A program made the translations under genes and the position numbers. The notes under the pieces are model-generated. The model was not told the origin of the DNA. It searched no databases and saw only the letters and a list, made by a program, of their open reading frames with translations. A stretch of DNA of 48,294 nt from Bacteroidales bacterium (GTDB lineage: Bacteria > Bacteroidota > Bacteroidia > Bacteroidales > VadinHA17). Position 1 is the stretch's first letter; every line of letters begins with the position of its first letter. Below are positions 1 to 9,400 of the stretch, in pieces. The DNA is taken from the NCBI GenBank assembly GCA_025454775.1, contig JALONU010000012.1, forward strand, positions 1 through 48,294, in the 5' to 3' direction.

Positions 1-602
1 ACCTGGTTGATTGTAATGCCGTTCGCCTTGCAGGCTTTTTCGTCGAGGCGCACTTCAATGGAATTCTCCTTTCCCCCGTATACCTGTACGCCGGCTATGC
101 CATCGATATTCTCGAGCTTCGGTTTTATTTCCCGGTCGGCAATGTTCCTGATCCTGTCGACTCCGCCTTCGCCCCTTACCTGGAGCGACATGAACTGGTT
201 TGTAAGCTGTTCGAGGTCGACTTTAAGAACATTGATAACAAATTCCTCGGGTATAGATCCTTTTACGATATCTATTTTTTCCTGGAGCTTGAGATTGGCG
301 TACTTGAGGTTGGCGTTTTTGGTAAAGTACACCGTAATGGTCCCATACCGCGATGAAATGTTTGATTCGATCTTTTCAATATCCTCAAGTGTGCCGATTG
401 CTCCTTCTATCGGCACTATAGCCTGTGTTTCGATATAGGCCGGATCGGTTTCGAGCATGGTTCCCACCTGCACCACCATCCCCGGGAGCTGGAAATTCGG
501 GATCAGCTCAAGGGAAAGCTTTTTGTACGAGAAGTAGCCAAGCATCGAAAGCCCTATGAAGAGCATGCTTATGAGAGTCCTTCTTTTTAATATGAAGTCC
601 AT
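1..602 (-). CDS. RND-family efflux permease, second tandem paralog (N-terminal ~200 aa only; gene continues past base 1)
   Basis: Absent from the ORF track because it is truncated. My reverse-strand translation from the ATG at 602-600 reads MDFILKRRTLISMLFIGLSMLGYFSYKKLSLELIPNFQLPG..., which is TM1 followed by the start of a periplasmic porter domain, as in AcrB-type pumps. The frame stays open to the window edge. It starts 13 nt after the stop of the upstream RND gene. Confidence 0.75.
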   Translation of the reverse strand, partial: MDFILKRRTLISMLFIGLSMLGYFSYKKLSLELIPNFQLPGMVVQVGTMLETDPAYIETQAIVPIEGAIGTLEDIEKIESNISSRYGTITVYFTKNANLKYANLKLQEKIDIVKGSIPEEFVINVLKVDLEQLTNQFMSLQVRGEGGVDRIRNIADREIKPKLENIDGIAGVQVYGGKENSIEVRLDEKACKANGITINQ

Positions 603-615
603 TTTGTTCAGTTGC

Positions 616-3600
616 TTATAATGAAGGATCCGCAGCAGCCTTGCTTTTTCCGCTGATAAATACGCTGAAGGAATCAAATACCCAGTAGACGCACGGTATC
701 ACAACGAGTGTCAGAAGTGTGGAGGAGAAAAGCCCGCCGATAACTGCAAGAGCCATCGGAGCCCTGAGCGATGCACTTTCCCCGATCCCGATGGTCAGAG
801 GCAGCAGTGCCAGGATGGTTGTAAGGCTTGTCATCAGGATAGGCCTTATTCTCTGGGTACCTGCAGTAATGACAGCTTCCCGTTTGCCTAATCCCGATTC
901 CCTGAGCTGGTTAATCCGGTCGACAAGGATAATGGCATTGTTGACAGCTATCCCAGCCAGCATTATTATTCCAATGTAAGCCATCATATTGAGAGGCTTT
1001 CCGAGAACAAAGAATGTGAGCACTGTTCCAACGCCGGCAAGCGGTATGGTGAGCATTATTATAAAAGGTTGTATGATCGACTCGAACTGGGCAGCCAGAA
1101 CCATGAAGACAAGAACTACAGAAAGAATAAGTGCGAAGGTGAGGTTTGAAGTGGATTCCTTCCTTTTCATCTCCTCCCCGGTGAAGGTCATTTTGTAGTC
1201 AGCCGGCAGGGGGACCGCTTTAAGCGAGCTCTGTGCCTCCCTGACCACTTTGTCGAAAGGAATGCCCGGCCTTACCATGGCGTACACATAACTGGTCCTT
1301 GACTGGTTCCTGCGGGTTATTTCTTTCGGGCTGACCACGGTTTTTATAGCTGCTAGCTCGCTCAGCGGAACCTTTACCGATCCTGCTGTTATCATAAGGT
1401 CGCGAAGCTGGTTTAGCGAAATGTCTCCGAGTTTTAATGTTATGTCTTTAATCTCACCATCCTTTTCGAAGCTGCCGGCTGAGGAACCCTCAAGGAAACT
1501 CCTTACCTGGTTTGTGACGCTTTCCACGGAGACGCTGTAATAGCTTGTCCTGAAACGATCTATGGCCACCTCGACCTCCGGAGAGCCCTCATCCATAGAG
1601 GTGGTCAGATTGTACAGCCCGGGAATTTTTTCGAGTATGGTTTTCGATTCGGCAAGGATCCTCTCAAGCTCTGTATAATCCTCTCCGGAGATCTCAAGTG
1701 CGAATGGTGATTCAGAAGTGCCGAGGGATGTCTGAAGAGCCGTTTCCTCACGGCTGAATGCAACCTCCAGGTCAGGAATATCCTTCAGGTATCCTTCGAT
1801 AAGTGATATTGCCTGCACCGTTTGAGATGCAAATTCTTCCTTCAGCATTATCTTCAGTGATGCCGTATTCTCCCCGCTGACAGATGATGACTGGTTTAAA
1901 GTTGAAGTATTATCTTCTCCTGACTGGCTGTAAACCAGTTCTAGCTTTTCTCCAAGAATGTCGCGTAATATCCCTTCGACCCTCTCGGCTGTGCTGTATG
2001 TTCTTTCGAGACTTGTGCCTTCAGGAAGCCTGAGTTCCACCGTAAATGATGCAGATTCCGAACCAGGCATGAACTCGCTGCCGATCTTCGGTATCAACAA
2101 CGCCGATCCTCCGAGAAGAATAACCGATAATATAATCACCAGAACTCTTTTCTCCACGATTTTCTCAAGAACAGATGTGTACCAGTTGAACTTCACCGGG
2201 GCGCTGAGTCTTTCCCTTTTTGAGGTCTTGCCAAAGAAGGTTGAAACCAGCATTGGTATGACAAGCATGGCTACCAGCAGCGAAGAGATAAGCGAGAATG
2301 CTACAGTCCATGCCTGGTCGCGGAACATCTGGCTCGATGCGCCCTGCAGGTAAACAATTGGAAGGAACACCACTATCGTCGTCACGGTCGATGACGTAAT
2401 GGCCGCCCCAACCTGGCCGGTCCCGTTGATGACGGCGTCTGTCAGCGACATTCCTTCTTCCCTCAGCCTGGTTATATTCTCCAGAACAACTATCGCATTA
2501 TCAACCAGCATGCCTGCCCCCAGTGCAAGACCGCCAAGGGTCATTATGTTGAGGGTGAGATGATTGAAATACATCAGGTTGAATGTCGCAATGATCGAGA
2601 TCGGTATTGCAACACTGATGACCAGGGTTGTACCAATCCTTCTTAGGAATATATACAGGACAAACACTGCCAGGAGTATACCTATTATTAATGTATTCTT
2701 CACTTCTCCGATGGCATTGTCTATGTAGGTTCCCTGATCGAGAACCTTTATGAACTCATAACCCGGGAGGGCATTCTCCATTTCGGTGATAGCCTTTTCG
2801 AGACTTTCAACCGCATCAACCGTATTATATTTGGGTTCCTTGTAAATTGCAAGTCCGATACACCTTTCCCCGTTGATGGTCACAATATTTTCAGGATCCT
2901 TGTTTGAGAAGCTTACTTTTGCCACATCCCTGAGATAGACGGGAACTCTGTTGGATGTTGAAGAGGTTGAAGAAGTTGAAGAGGTTGAAAGGTTTGAAGA
3001 GGCAGCGGAGGAAGGCTGCCTGAATCCAACTATTATGTTCTCGAGGTCGGTAAGATCTTCGAGAACACTCACTCCCTTTACAACGTATTTCGTACCCATG
3101 TCGACAATGGAACCGCCTGAGACATTACGGTTGTAGTTGTTTATCTGGGCTGCTATTCCGTCGGAGGTTAGACCGAAGGATTCAAGAAGGTATTTGCTGG
3201 TCTCGATCACAACCTCACTTTCTTCTTTTCCTATGATCTTTACGTCGGCTACCCCCTCGATCCTGACGAGCTCATTCCTGATATAGTTCTCGGCGACTTT
3301 CCTCAGGTCATCCATGTTGGTGATACGTTCATTCCTGAGGCCTGTTATCATTACCGGAGAAGCGTTGGGATCATACTGTGAGATCTTGAACTCCTCGAGG
3401 TCGGAGTTCTGGCTGAATGAGCTTAACTCCTTCTGGAGGTCGAGGAAAGCTTCATCCATGTCCTTGTTCCAGCCGTATTCAACCGTAATCGTTGCAGAGC
3501 CGGCCTGCGACACTGAAGAGACCTGTGTAACGTTGCTCTGGCGCATGGCAAGCGATTCTATCTGGTCTACATAGTTCTTCTCTATTTCCTCGGGCGGTTT

Positions 3601-3762
3601 TTCCCCCGCTTTAAGCTCGATATAGATCTTAGGATTGTTAAGATCCGGGAACAGATCGGTGCCAAGCTTCCCGAAGGAAATGAATCCCAGGAGAACAATA
3701 CCCAGAACAAGCATCAGCACCGTTACCGGGTATTTTACGGCAAATCTAGCGATCGAATTCAT
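616..3762 (-). CDS. RND-family efflux transporter permease (AcrB/CzcA superfamily)
   Basis: 1048-aa ORF with the RND layout of TM1, a large loop, a TM cluster, a second large loop, and a second TM cluster. The TM4-like motif GMLVDNAIVVLENI and TM10-like motif GIAVNNAIILVDRI align to the AcrB VDDAIVVVEN and SAKNAILIVE segments. It starts 5 nt after the adaptor gene. Confidence 0.9.
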   Translation of the reverse strand: MNSIARFAVKYPVTVLMLVLGIVLLGFISFGKLGTDLFPDLNNPKIYIELKAGEKPPEEIEKNYVDQIESLAMRQSNVTQVSSVSQAGSATITVEYGWNKDMDEAFLDLQKELSSFSQNSDLEEFKISQYDPNASPVMITGLRNERITNMDDLRKVAENYIRNELVRIEGVADVKIIGKEESEVVIETSKYLLESFGLTSDGIAAQINNYNRNVSGGSIVDMGTKYVVKGVSVLEDLTDLENIIVGFRQPSSAASSNLSTSSTSSTSSTSNRVPVYLRDVAKVSFSNKDPENIVTINGERCIGLAIYKEPKYNTVDAVESLEKAITEMENALPGYEFIKVLDQGTYIDNAIGEVKNTLIIGILLAVFVLYIFLRRIGTTLVISVAIPISIIATFNLMYFNHLTLNIMTLGGLALGAGMLVDNAIVVLENITRLREEGMSLTDAVINGTGQVGAAITSSTVTTIVVFLPIVYLQGASSQMFRDQAWTVAFSLISSLLVAMLVIPMLVSTFFGKTSKRERLSAPVKFNWYTSVLEKIVEKRVLVIILSVILLGGSALLIPKIGSEFMPGSESASFTVELRLPEGTSLERTYSTAERVEGILRDILGEKLELVYSQSGEDNTSTLNQSSSVSGENTASLKIMLKEEFASQTVQAISLIEGYLKDIPDLEVAFSREETALQTSLGTSESPFALEISGEDYTELERILAESKTILEKIPGLYNLTTSMDEGSPEVEVAIDRFRTSYYSVSVESVTNQVRSFLEGSSAGSFEKDGEIKDITLKLGDISLNQLRDLMITAGSVKVPLSELAAIKTVVSPKEITRRNQSRTSYVYAMVRPGIPFDKVVREAQSSLKAVPLPADYKMTFTGEEMKRKESTSNLTFALILSVVLVFMVLAAQFESIIQPFIIMLTIPLAGVGTVLTFFVLGKPLNMMAYIGIIMLAGIAVNNAIILVDRINQLRESGLGKREAVITAGTQRIRPILMTSLTTILALLPLTIGIGESASLRAPMALAVIGGLFSSTLLTLVVIPCVYWVFDSFSVFISGKSKAAADPSL
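2954..2998 (-). repeat. Imperfect 9-bp tandem repeat x5 inside the RND CDS, encoding (STS)n
   Basis: Plus-strand units are GATGTTGAA, GAGGTTGAA, GAAGTTGAA, GAGGTTGAA, and AGGTTTGAA. The protein reads ...SSNLSTSSTSSTSSTSNRVP. Confidence 0.85.
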
Positions 3763-3767
3763 ACCCC

Positions 3768-4820
3768 TTATTTGATGATTTTCACCTTAGCCCTGTTGGT
3801 CAGGGTCTCAAAACCGCTAATTACCAGACGCTCATCCTTTACAAGACCTCTTGTAACTTCTGCTTCGGTCAGGTTTTCAAGACCAGTCTCGATCACTTTT
3901 TCCACGACCACCCCCCTGTCGACGGTAAATACAGTTTTCCCGCGCTGCCGGGAAAGTATTATTGCCTTTGGGATCACAATTGCCGAGTCCTTCCGGGCAG
4001 TCACAATATCAGCCTTTACGAACATTCCGGGTCTGAGAAGGAACTCACCGTTATCTATTTCAACGGTTCCCTTGAAGGTACGGGTATCTGCATCTATGGC
4101 GGGTGAAAGCTGGGAAATACTTCCGATTATAGTGTCGTAGGGAAGTGTGTAGTTGGTAAGCTTGACCATCTGGCCGGGTTTTATTACCGTGATATATTTT
4201 TCTGGAAGCTGGACATCCATGTACATTGTCCTGTAGTCCATGATTTTCGCAATAGTCGCTCCTGAAGCTATTTCAGTTCCCTGGGTGTAATATGGAAGAT
4301 TGACGATCACTCCGTCGAAAGGAGCTGTTATCCTCGTTCTCTGAAGCTGGAGCCTTGAATTTGCCACAGTGGTCTTGGCATTTTCATAGTTTATTTCAGC
4401 TGTTTTAAGCTCCTTGAGGGTTACCCCGCCCTTTTCATAAAGAGATTGCTGCTTCCTCAGCTCCGTTTCCGACAGCTCCAGGTTAAGCTGATTAGTCTCC
4501 ATCTTCACGGAGTTGATATATTCTTCATCCTCGAGCCTTGCTATCACGGCTCCTTCCTTTATCCTGTCGCCCATCTGCCAGCGCCTGCCGGTCTGCGGGT
4601 TCTTCTCAAGAAAATATGCAGCGGCAATTTTCGCCTTCAGCTCTATCTCACCTTTCGGGAAAGCAGTACCCGTGGTATTTACGAATTCTTCTATCGGTTT
4701 AAGCTTCAGCTCCTCCACCGAAACGGGGATTTCGACATCTGCGGTTAGGTTCTGGTCCTGGTTCCTGCATCCGGCAATGGCTATCACGAATGCCCCAAGA
4801 AGGAAAATTGATCTTTTCAT
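3768..4820 (-). CDS. Efflux RND periplasmic adaptor (membrane-fusion protein, HlyD/AcrA-like), lipoprotein
   Basis: 350 aa. Lipoprotein signal MKRSIFLLGAFVIAIAGC. A coiled-coil hairpin (ETELRKQQSLYEKGGVTLKELKTAEINYENAK) is flanked by barrel-sandwich and beta-barrel type sequence. The gene lies between the TolC-like and RND genes. Confidence 0.85.
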   Translation of the reverse strand: MKRSIFLLGAFVIAIAGCRNQDQNLTADVEIPVSVEELKLKPIEEFVNTTGTAFPKGEIELKAKIAAAYFLEKNPQTGRRWQMGDRIKEGAVIARLEDEEYINSVKMETNQLNLELSETELRKQQSLYEKGGVTLKELKTAEINYENAKTTVANSRLQLQRTRITAPFDGVIVNLPYYTQGTEIASGATIAKIMDYRTMYMDVQLPEKYITVIKPGQMVKLTNYTLPYDTIIGSISQLSPAIDADTRTFKGTVEIDNGEFLLRPGMFVKADIVTARKDSAIVIPKAIILSRQRGKTVFTVDRGVVVEKVIETGLENLTEAEVTRGLVKDERLVISGFETLTNRAKVKIIK

Positions 4821-4831
4821 ATTGTGTTTTA

Positions 4832-6304
4832 TTATTTGTCAAGTGTTTTTACAGGTGTCACAGGCATCTTTTTCTCAAAGTCGTAGAGTGTCTGAATCTT
4901 CAGGTTAAGAAGTTCAAGCTTGTATGAGATCAGTGAGTTTGTATACGTGAGCTGTTTCTGGGAAAGCTGGTTCTGGTATATGCTGAGATCCATACCGGTA
5001 AGGTCGCCGTTCCTGTACCGTTCCAGGTTAAGGTCGTAGGTCAGCTGGGCATTTGTAACGTTCTGCCTGGCAATGTTTATCTGGTTCTGAAGATTCGACA
5101 GGTTACGGTAAACTTTCCTTATACTCAGGATTATGTCGTTCTGTTCCTCCTCAAATGAAATGTTTGCTGATTCTATATTGGCTTCGGTCGCCTTGATCCT
5201 TGATTTCCTTTCTCCCCAGTCCCACAGTGGTATCGACAATCCCAGCGAAACACTTTCGTTGTCGGTGGGACTTTCATATACGTTCCCGAATTTTTCGTTA
5301 TCTCCGAACAGCCCTACTGAAAGGCTAAGGCTCCCCTTGAACTCGTTCATTGCTTTTGTCTGGATAAGGTCGAACTGTGATGTCTCAATACTTATCTGGC
5401 TCTGCCGGAGTTCCATCCTGTTTGCCAGGCCCTGGTCGATCGCGAAGGCTATATCAACATGGACGGTGTCAACCTCTATGTTGGGAAGGACCGCAAGATC
5501 ATCGTAGAGGCTCATGCCGATTAGCATCTTGAACTCGTCCTTTGCATTTTCGAACGATACCAGGTTATTCTCGTAATCAGATTTTGAAGAAGCCAGGTTG
5601 AGCTCTGCCTGGAAGATCTCCTCGCGTGCCACAAGCCCCGCCTCCTCCTTGTTCTTTGAAACTTCATAGCTTTTCTGCATATTGTCATAAGCCTCCTTTG
5701 CTATTTCAAGCTGCTGCTGCTGCTGATACACGCCGTAAAATGCCTGAGCCACGGTTCTCTCAAGCGACAGGAGCTGAATTGCATAGTTAAGCTGGGCATT
5801 CTCAAGAGCCAGCTGGAGCTCTTTAAGCTGAAGCTTTGTTCGGTTGTAGGTAAACAGAGGCTGGTCGAGGTTGAGCGACAGCCTGTTGCTGAATCCCTTC
5901 GTGGTTTTGTTGCTGTATTCGCTGTAGGAATCGTGATAGCCAAACCTGTTGGTCAGTGAGACGACGGCATCGGTAAGCACTATAGGTTGGGCGATTGTGA
6001 AAAGACCATAGCTTTCTGTGGTTTTTGTAGAGTTCCATTCAGAAATAAGGTCGTTGAATTCCCTGTTCTGGCTGTAGCTGATCGGGTTCACAGAAAGAGA
6101 AAACTGCGATTTCAGTGCCGCATTCTGGGCATTCAGGTTCTCCTGGCTTCTTACCAGGTTCAGCCTTACCCTTTTCATTGAGGGACTGTTGTCCTCAGCG
6201 ACGCGGAGTGCCTCGTCGAGAGTCATCGCTTTCTGTGGATACGCAGAAATAATATAGAACATCAGAAACAACAGCGATAAAAATATCCTGTTTCCCCTTT
6301 TCAT
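4832..6304 (-). CDS. TolC-family outer-membrane efflux protein
   Basis: The track ORF runs to 6361, but only the ATG at 6304 (MKRGNRIFLSLLFLMFYIISAYPQ) gives a plausible signal peptide. The sequence shows the internally duplicated, Q/L/N/E-rich coiled-coil composition of TolC/OprM-type proteins. It ends 11 nt upstream of the MFP start. The start codon is uncertain (6304 vs 6361). Confidence 0.8.
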   Translation of the reverse strand: MKRGNRIFLSLLFLMFYIISAYPQKAMTLDEALRVAEDNSPSMKRVRLNLVRSQENLNAQNAALKSQFSLSVNPISYSQNREFNDLISEWNSTKTTESYGLFTIAQPIVLTDAVVSLTNRFGYHDSYSEYSNKTTKGFSNRLSLNLDQPLFTYNRTKLQLKELQLALENAQLNYAIQLLSLERTVAQAFYGVYQQQQQLEIAKEAYDNMQKSYEVSKNKEEAGLVAREEIFQAELNLASSKSDYENNLVSFENAKDEFKMLIGMSLYDDLAVLPNIEVDTVHVDIAFAIDQGLANRMELRQSQISIETSQFDLIQTKAMNEFKGSLSLSVGLFGDNEKFGNVYESPTDNESVSLGLSIPLWDWGERKSRIKATEANIESANISFEEEQNDIILSIRKVYRNLSNLQNQINIARQNVTNAQLTYDLNLERYRNGDLTGMDLSIYQNQLSQKQLTYTNSLISYKLELLNLKIQTLYDFEKKMPVTPVKTLDK

Positions 6305-6369
6305 TACATGTCTCATTATCATAACTATATAAGCATTCATAAATTTCTTATCCATCTTCATTTCCCTTC

Positions 6370-6390
6370 GCCGGCAGCCGGCAGCCGGTA
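6370..6390. repeat. Tandem heptamers GCCGGCA GCCGGCA GCCGGTA in the permease/TolC spacer
   Basis: Read directly: 6370-6376, 6377-6383, and 6384-6390. The adjacent mini-hairpin AACGG-TAG-CCGTT (6391-6403) overlaps the permease stop codon. Confidence 0.85.
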
Positions 6391-6401
6391 AACGGTAGCC
6401 G

Positions 6402-9400
6402 TTAGTTCACCTTAACCCACTTTATAGCATCACCCAGAACTATCCTTCCGCCTGATTTATTGGTAAGCTCCACCTTTGCACTGTCGGGTGAAAGATAATA
6501 CTGCCCCAGCTTGTTCCAGCCGCCTTCCGCATTCTCAAAGTCAACGGTTATCTCTTCAACGCCCTCATCGTGATATATCTTATAGTGCATATCCTTGTAC
6601 GGACTTTCTCCCTGCTGCTCTCCCATAGGTCCTCCTCTTGGACCGCCTCCGGGACCGCCGCCTCCGGGACCGCCGCCTCCGGGACCGCCGCCTCTCTGCA
6701 CATTGATCCTTACACTGCCACCGGTTTGCTTACCGATAAAGCAGTAAACATCGTAATACCCGGGTTCTTTTATTTCAGCATTCCAGGTCACGGATTTATC
6801 GCCAGTTCCTCCCCGAGTGTAAACTGCCGAAAGGACATATGTACCATGGTATGTGGATTGTACAACCGGCTGCCAGTGCTCGGGTGCCCAGAACATGTTT
6901 ATCTGCTGGTATCCATCATCCCTGCGGCTGTTTATTCCAAAAAATCTTTTCAGAGGAGCCTGGACAGCTTCGACACCTGAGATGAATCCCGGATCTTCAT
7001 TATCGACGATAATCTCGCCCTGTAATTTCTGAGGGGGCAAGGGAACAACTATCTCCTCTTCACGGTAATCTTCGTTCCGGGACCTTAGTTTTTTAGGTTC
7101 TCCGAGAGGTATGTTGATCTCGCCTGGTATATTCCTGGCAGCCAGTGTGTTTATCATCATCGCCCTCGGCTGGGCATCAAGTATCATACTTAACTGCTTT
7201 GCCTGGCCCGGACCCACCTCGATAATTTTAGATACGTCGGAAGCTTCCATTCCCCGGCCCTGCATTGATATGGTAATGTTTTGTCCTCCCCCTCCGGGTC
7301 CTGCCTGGAACATTCCCATCATCATCTGTCCGCCGCCTCTGCCTCCTCCGGGCCCTCCTGTTCTGAATGCCACGTTAAATATACCAGGCACTTTTTCCGG
7401 ATTCGAAGCCACGAAGGTGACCATGTACCTGACCCTGTCACCAACAAGAATTTCGCTTGCCTGTGGTTCCTCAAAAATGAATCCGGGCTGTTCCTTACCT
7501 GTGAACCAGTCAGAAAGATATGGATAGAGTTCAAAGCCGAATTTGTTCTTCATCTCTTCATTCATTGAAAGGATGTCGACTCTCTTGAATTTGTTGAGGT
7601 TCATATATTCCTGGAACCAGGTTTTGAATTCCTCTATGCCTGCCCTGGCCCGCATAAGGTTGAAGAGATAGTCTCCTTTAACCGTAAGCACTGCCCTGAT
7701 GGTGTCACTTCCGGGAATCATGGCCAGGACATCCCTGAAGCTCGATTCCCTGAGAATAAGATAGGCCTTGTCGTTATCTGTCATGGTGCCCATCATCGAC
7801 CTCGCACCCCCTGCCGGAAGCGTAACTTTCTGAAGATGCGATTCAAAAACAGCATTTATTACCGGGTATTCAGATGAATAGAAGTTATTCCTGAAGAAAT
7901 AAAAACTCGGTCCGAGACGATAACGGACCGGCTCATTTATGGCTTCCCCGTTCCTGTACCTGAAGTTTTCGCCGCTGATGAAAGTATTCCTGACAAAGTT
8001 GTTGAAAAGCCTGACCTGCAGCTCCTTGTCGGTTATCACCTGGTTGCTCCTCGTCATTCTTTTCTTCTGGCGGCTGAACTGTTTTCCAAAACCTGCGTTC
8101 TGCAGTGTTGACAGTTTTTCGGGAAGAAGCACCATTGAAGGCTGCAGCTCTGCCCTTGTCTGAGTGCTCATTTTCGGGTAGGAGAAATATTGTACCGGGA
8201 CCTCAAGCAGGCTGAGGGTCCTGAACGGATATTTCACAGAGAAGCTTGTTTCCAGCTCCCTCATTATTCCTGATACCAGCAGATTAAGAGTGTCGCCGAG
8301 CTCTGCAAGGTCTTTTTTGTAGTAATCGTGGCCTGGATAATAATAGCTTATATAACTTACAGAATCTACCTTAAGGGTGTCGGACATGTAGTCGCCGATC
8401 GCTAGAGTCAATCCCGTGAGAGGTGAATCAGCCGTGAACCTGAACCAGTCTCCTTCCCTGATCATTGACCCCTGCGAAACTGCCACAAGACCTTCCGGGG
8501 GCAGAACCGCCAGGGAAAACTCCGTGAAATCAACTTTTATCCTGGCAGGATTTGTCGGATAGTAATTAAGTCCTGCCACAGGATACCAGTACGATTCAGG
8601 AGTGAGCAGCAAATAACCGGGGCTTAGGAAAGCCTGTCTCTTGTTCACAGCCATCATGTCGATGCGGTATGGACTGTCCTTCGGGTTGTCATCATTGTCG
8701 GGAAAGCAGAAAGACTCCTTAATGGTGCCCGAGTAGGAAATCGTCAGGCTGTCTTTCTCACCGGGAAGAAGGGGAGAGGGCGCCTCTATTTCGACAATAT
8801 GGCCTGTTGCCTTGAAGTTAATAACTGTTCCGTGATGTTTTACTTCAGAGACTTTCAGGCCCGGATTTATAGAAAAGAAATACTTGTCGAGGTTTTCCCT
8901 GTTGTCATTTACGAAAATAAGTCCGGCTGATGCTTCAATTGACCGGCCTTTATGCGTAAGACTTATATCTGCGGAAGTCAGGCTGACAGTATTCCTGTTC
9001 TCAAAGATCTTGTTAGTCTCTATCACGAGGGCCTTGTCATTGACATTGCCTTTGTATGTAGACCATGTTCTGAATCCGCAATATATGGCTCCCGCAGCAA
9101 AAACGACCATGAATGTCCACGTAAGAGTGGTATGCAGTTTTGACTGGGGCAGTCTCTTAAAGAGCAGGATGGTTGCCAATACCAGTACCAGGCCCAGAAA
9201 GGTGTACATGAGCCTCTGGCTGAGTATGAGGTCCATGTTGTCGAAACCGACTATGGTTGATTTCAGCACGGGAAGGCCGAAAGCCATGTAGTCAAAGATA
9301 TAGCCTGCACGGTACCAAAGCCAGAACATGTTGAGGGCTGCTATTCCCAGGAGAAGCAGGAAGGTTATGGCCTGGTTCCTGATCAGGGACATCAGCATGA

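Noticed and set aside
7-438. 143-aa plus-strand ORF at the left edge
   Set aside because: It lies entirely antisense to a convincing RND-pump N-terminus (minus strand, ATG at 602). Its composition is low-complexity and typical of antisense frames.
2954-3010. S/T-rich RND insert as a Bacteroidota general O-glycosylation site
   Set aside because: The established motif D-(S/T)-(A/I/L/V/M/T) is not present in or next to the tract, since no Asp precedes the Ser/Thr residues.
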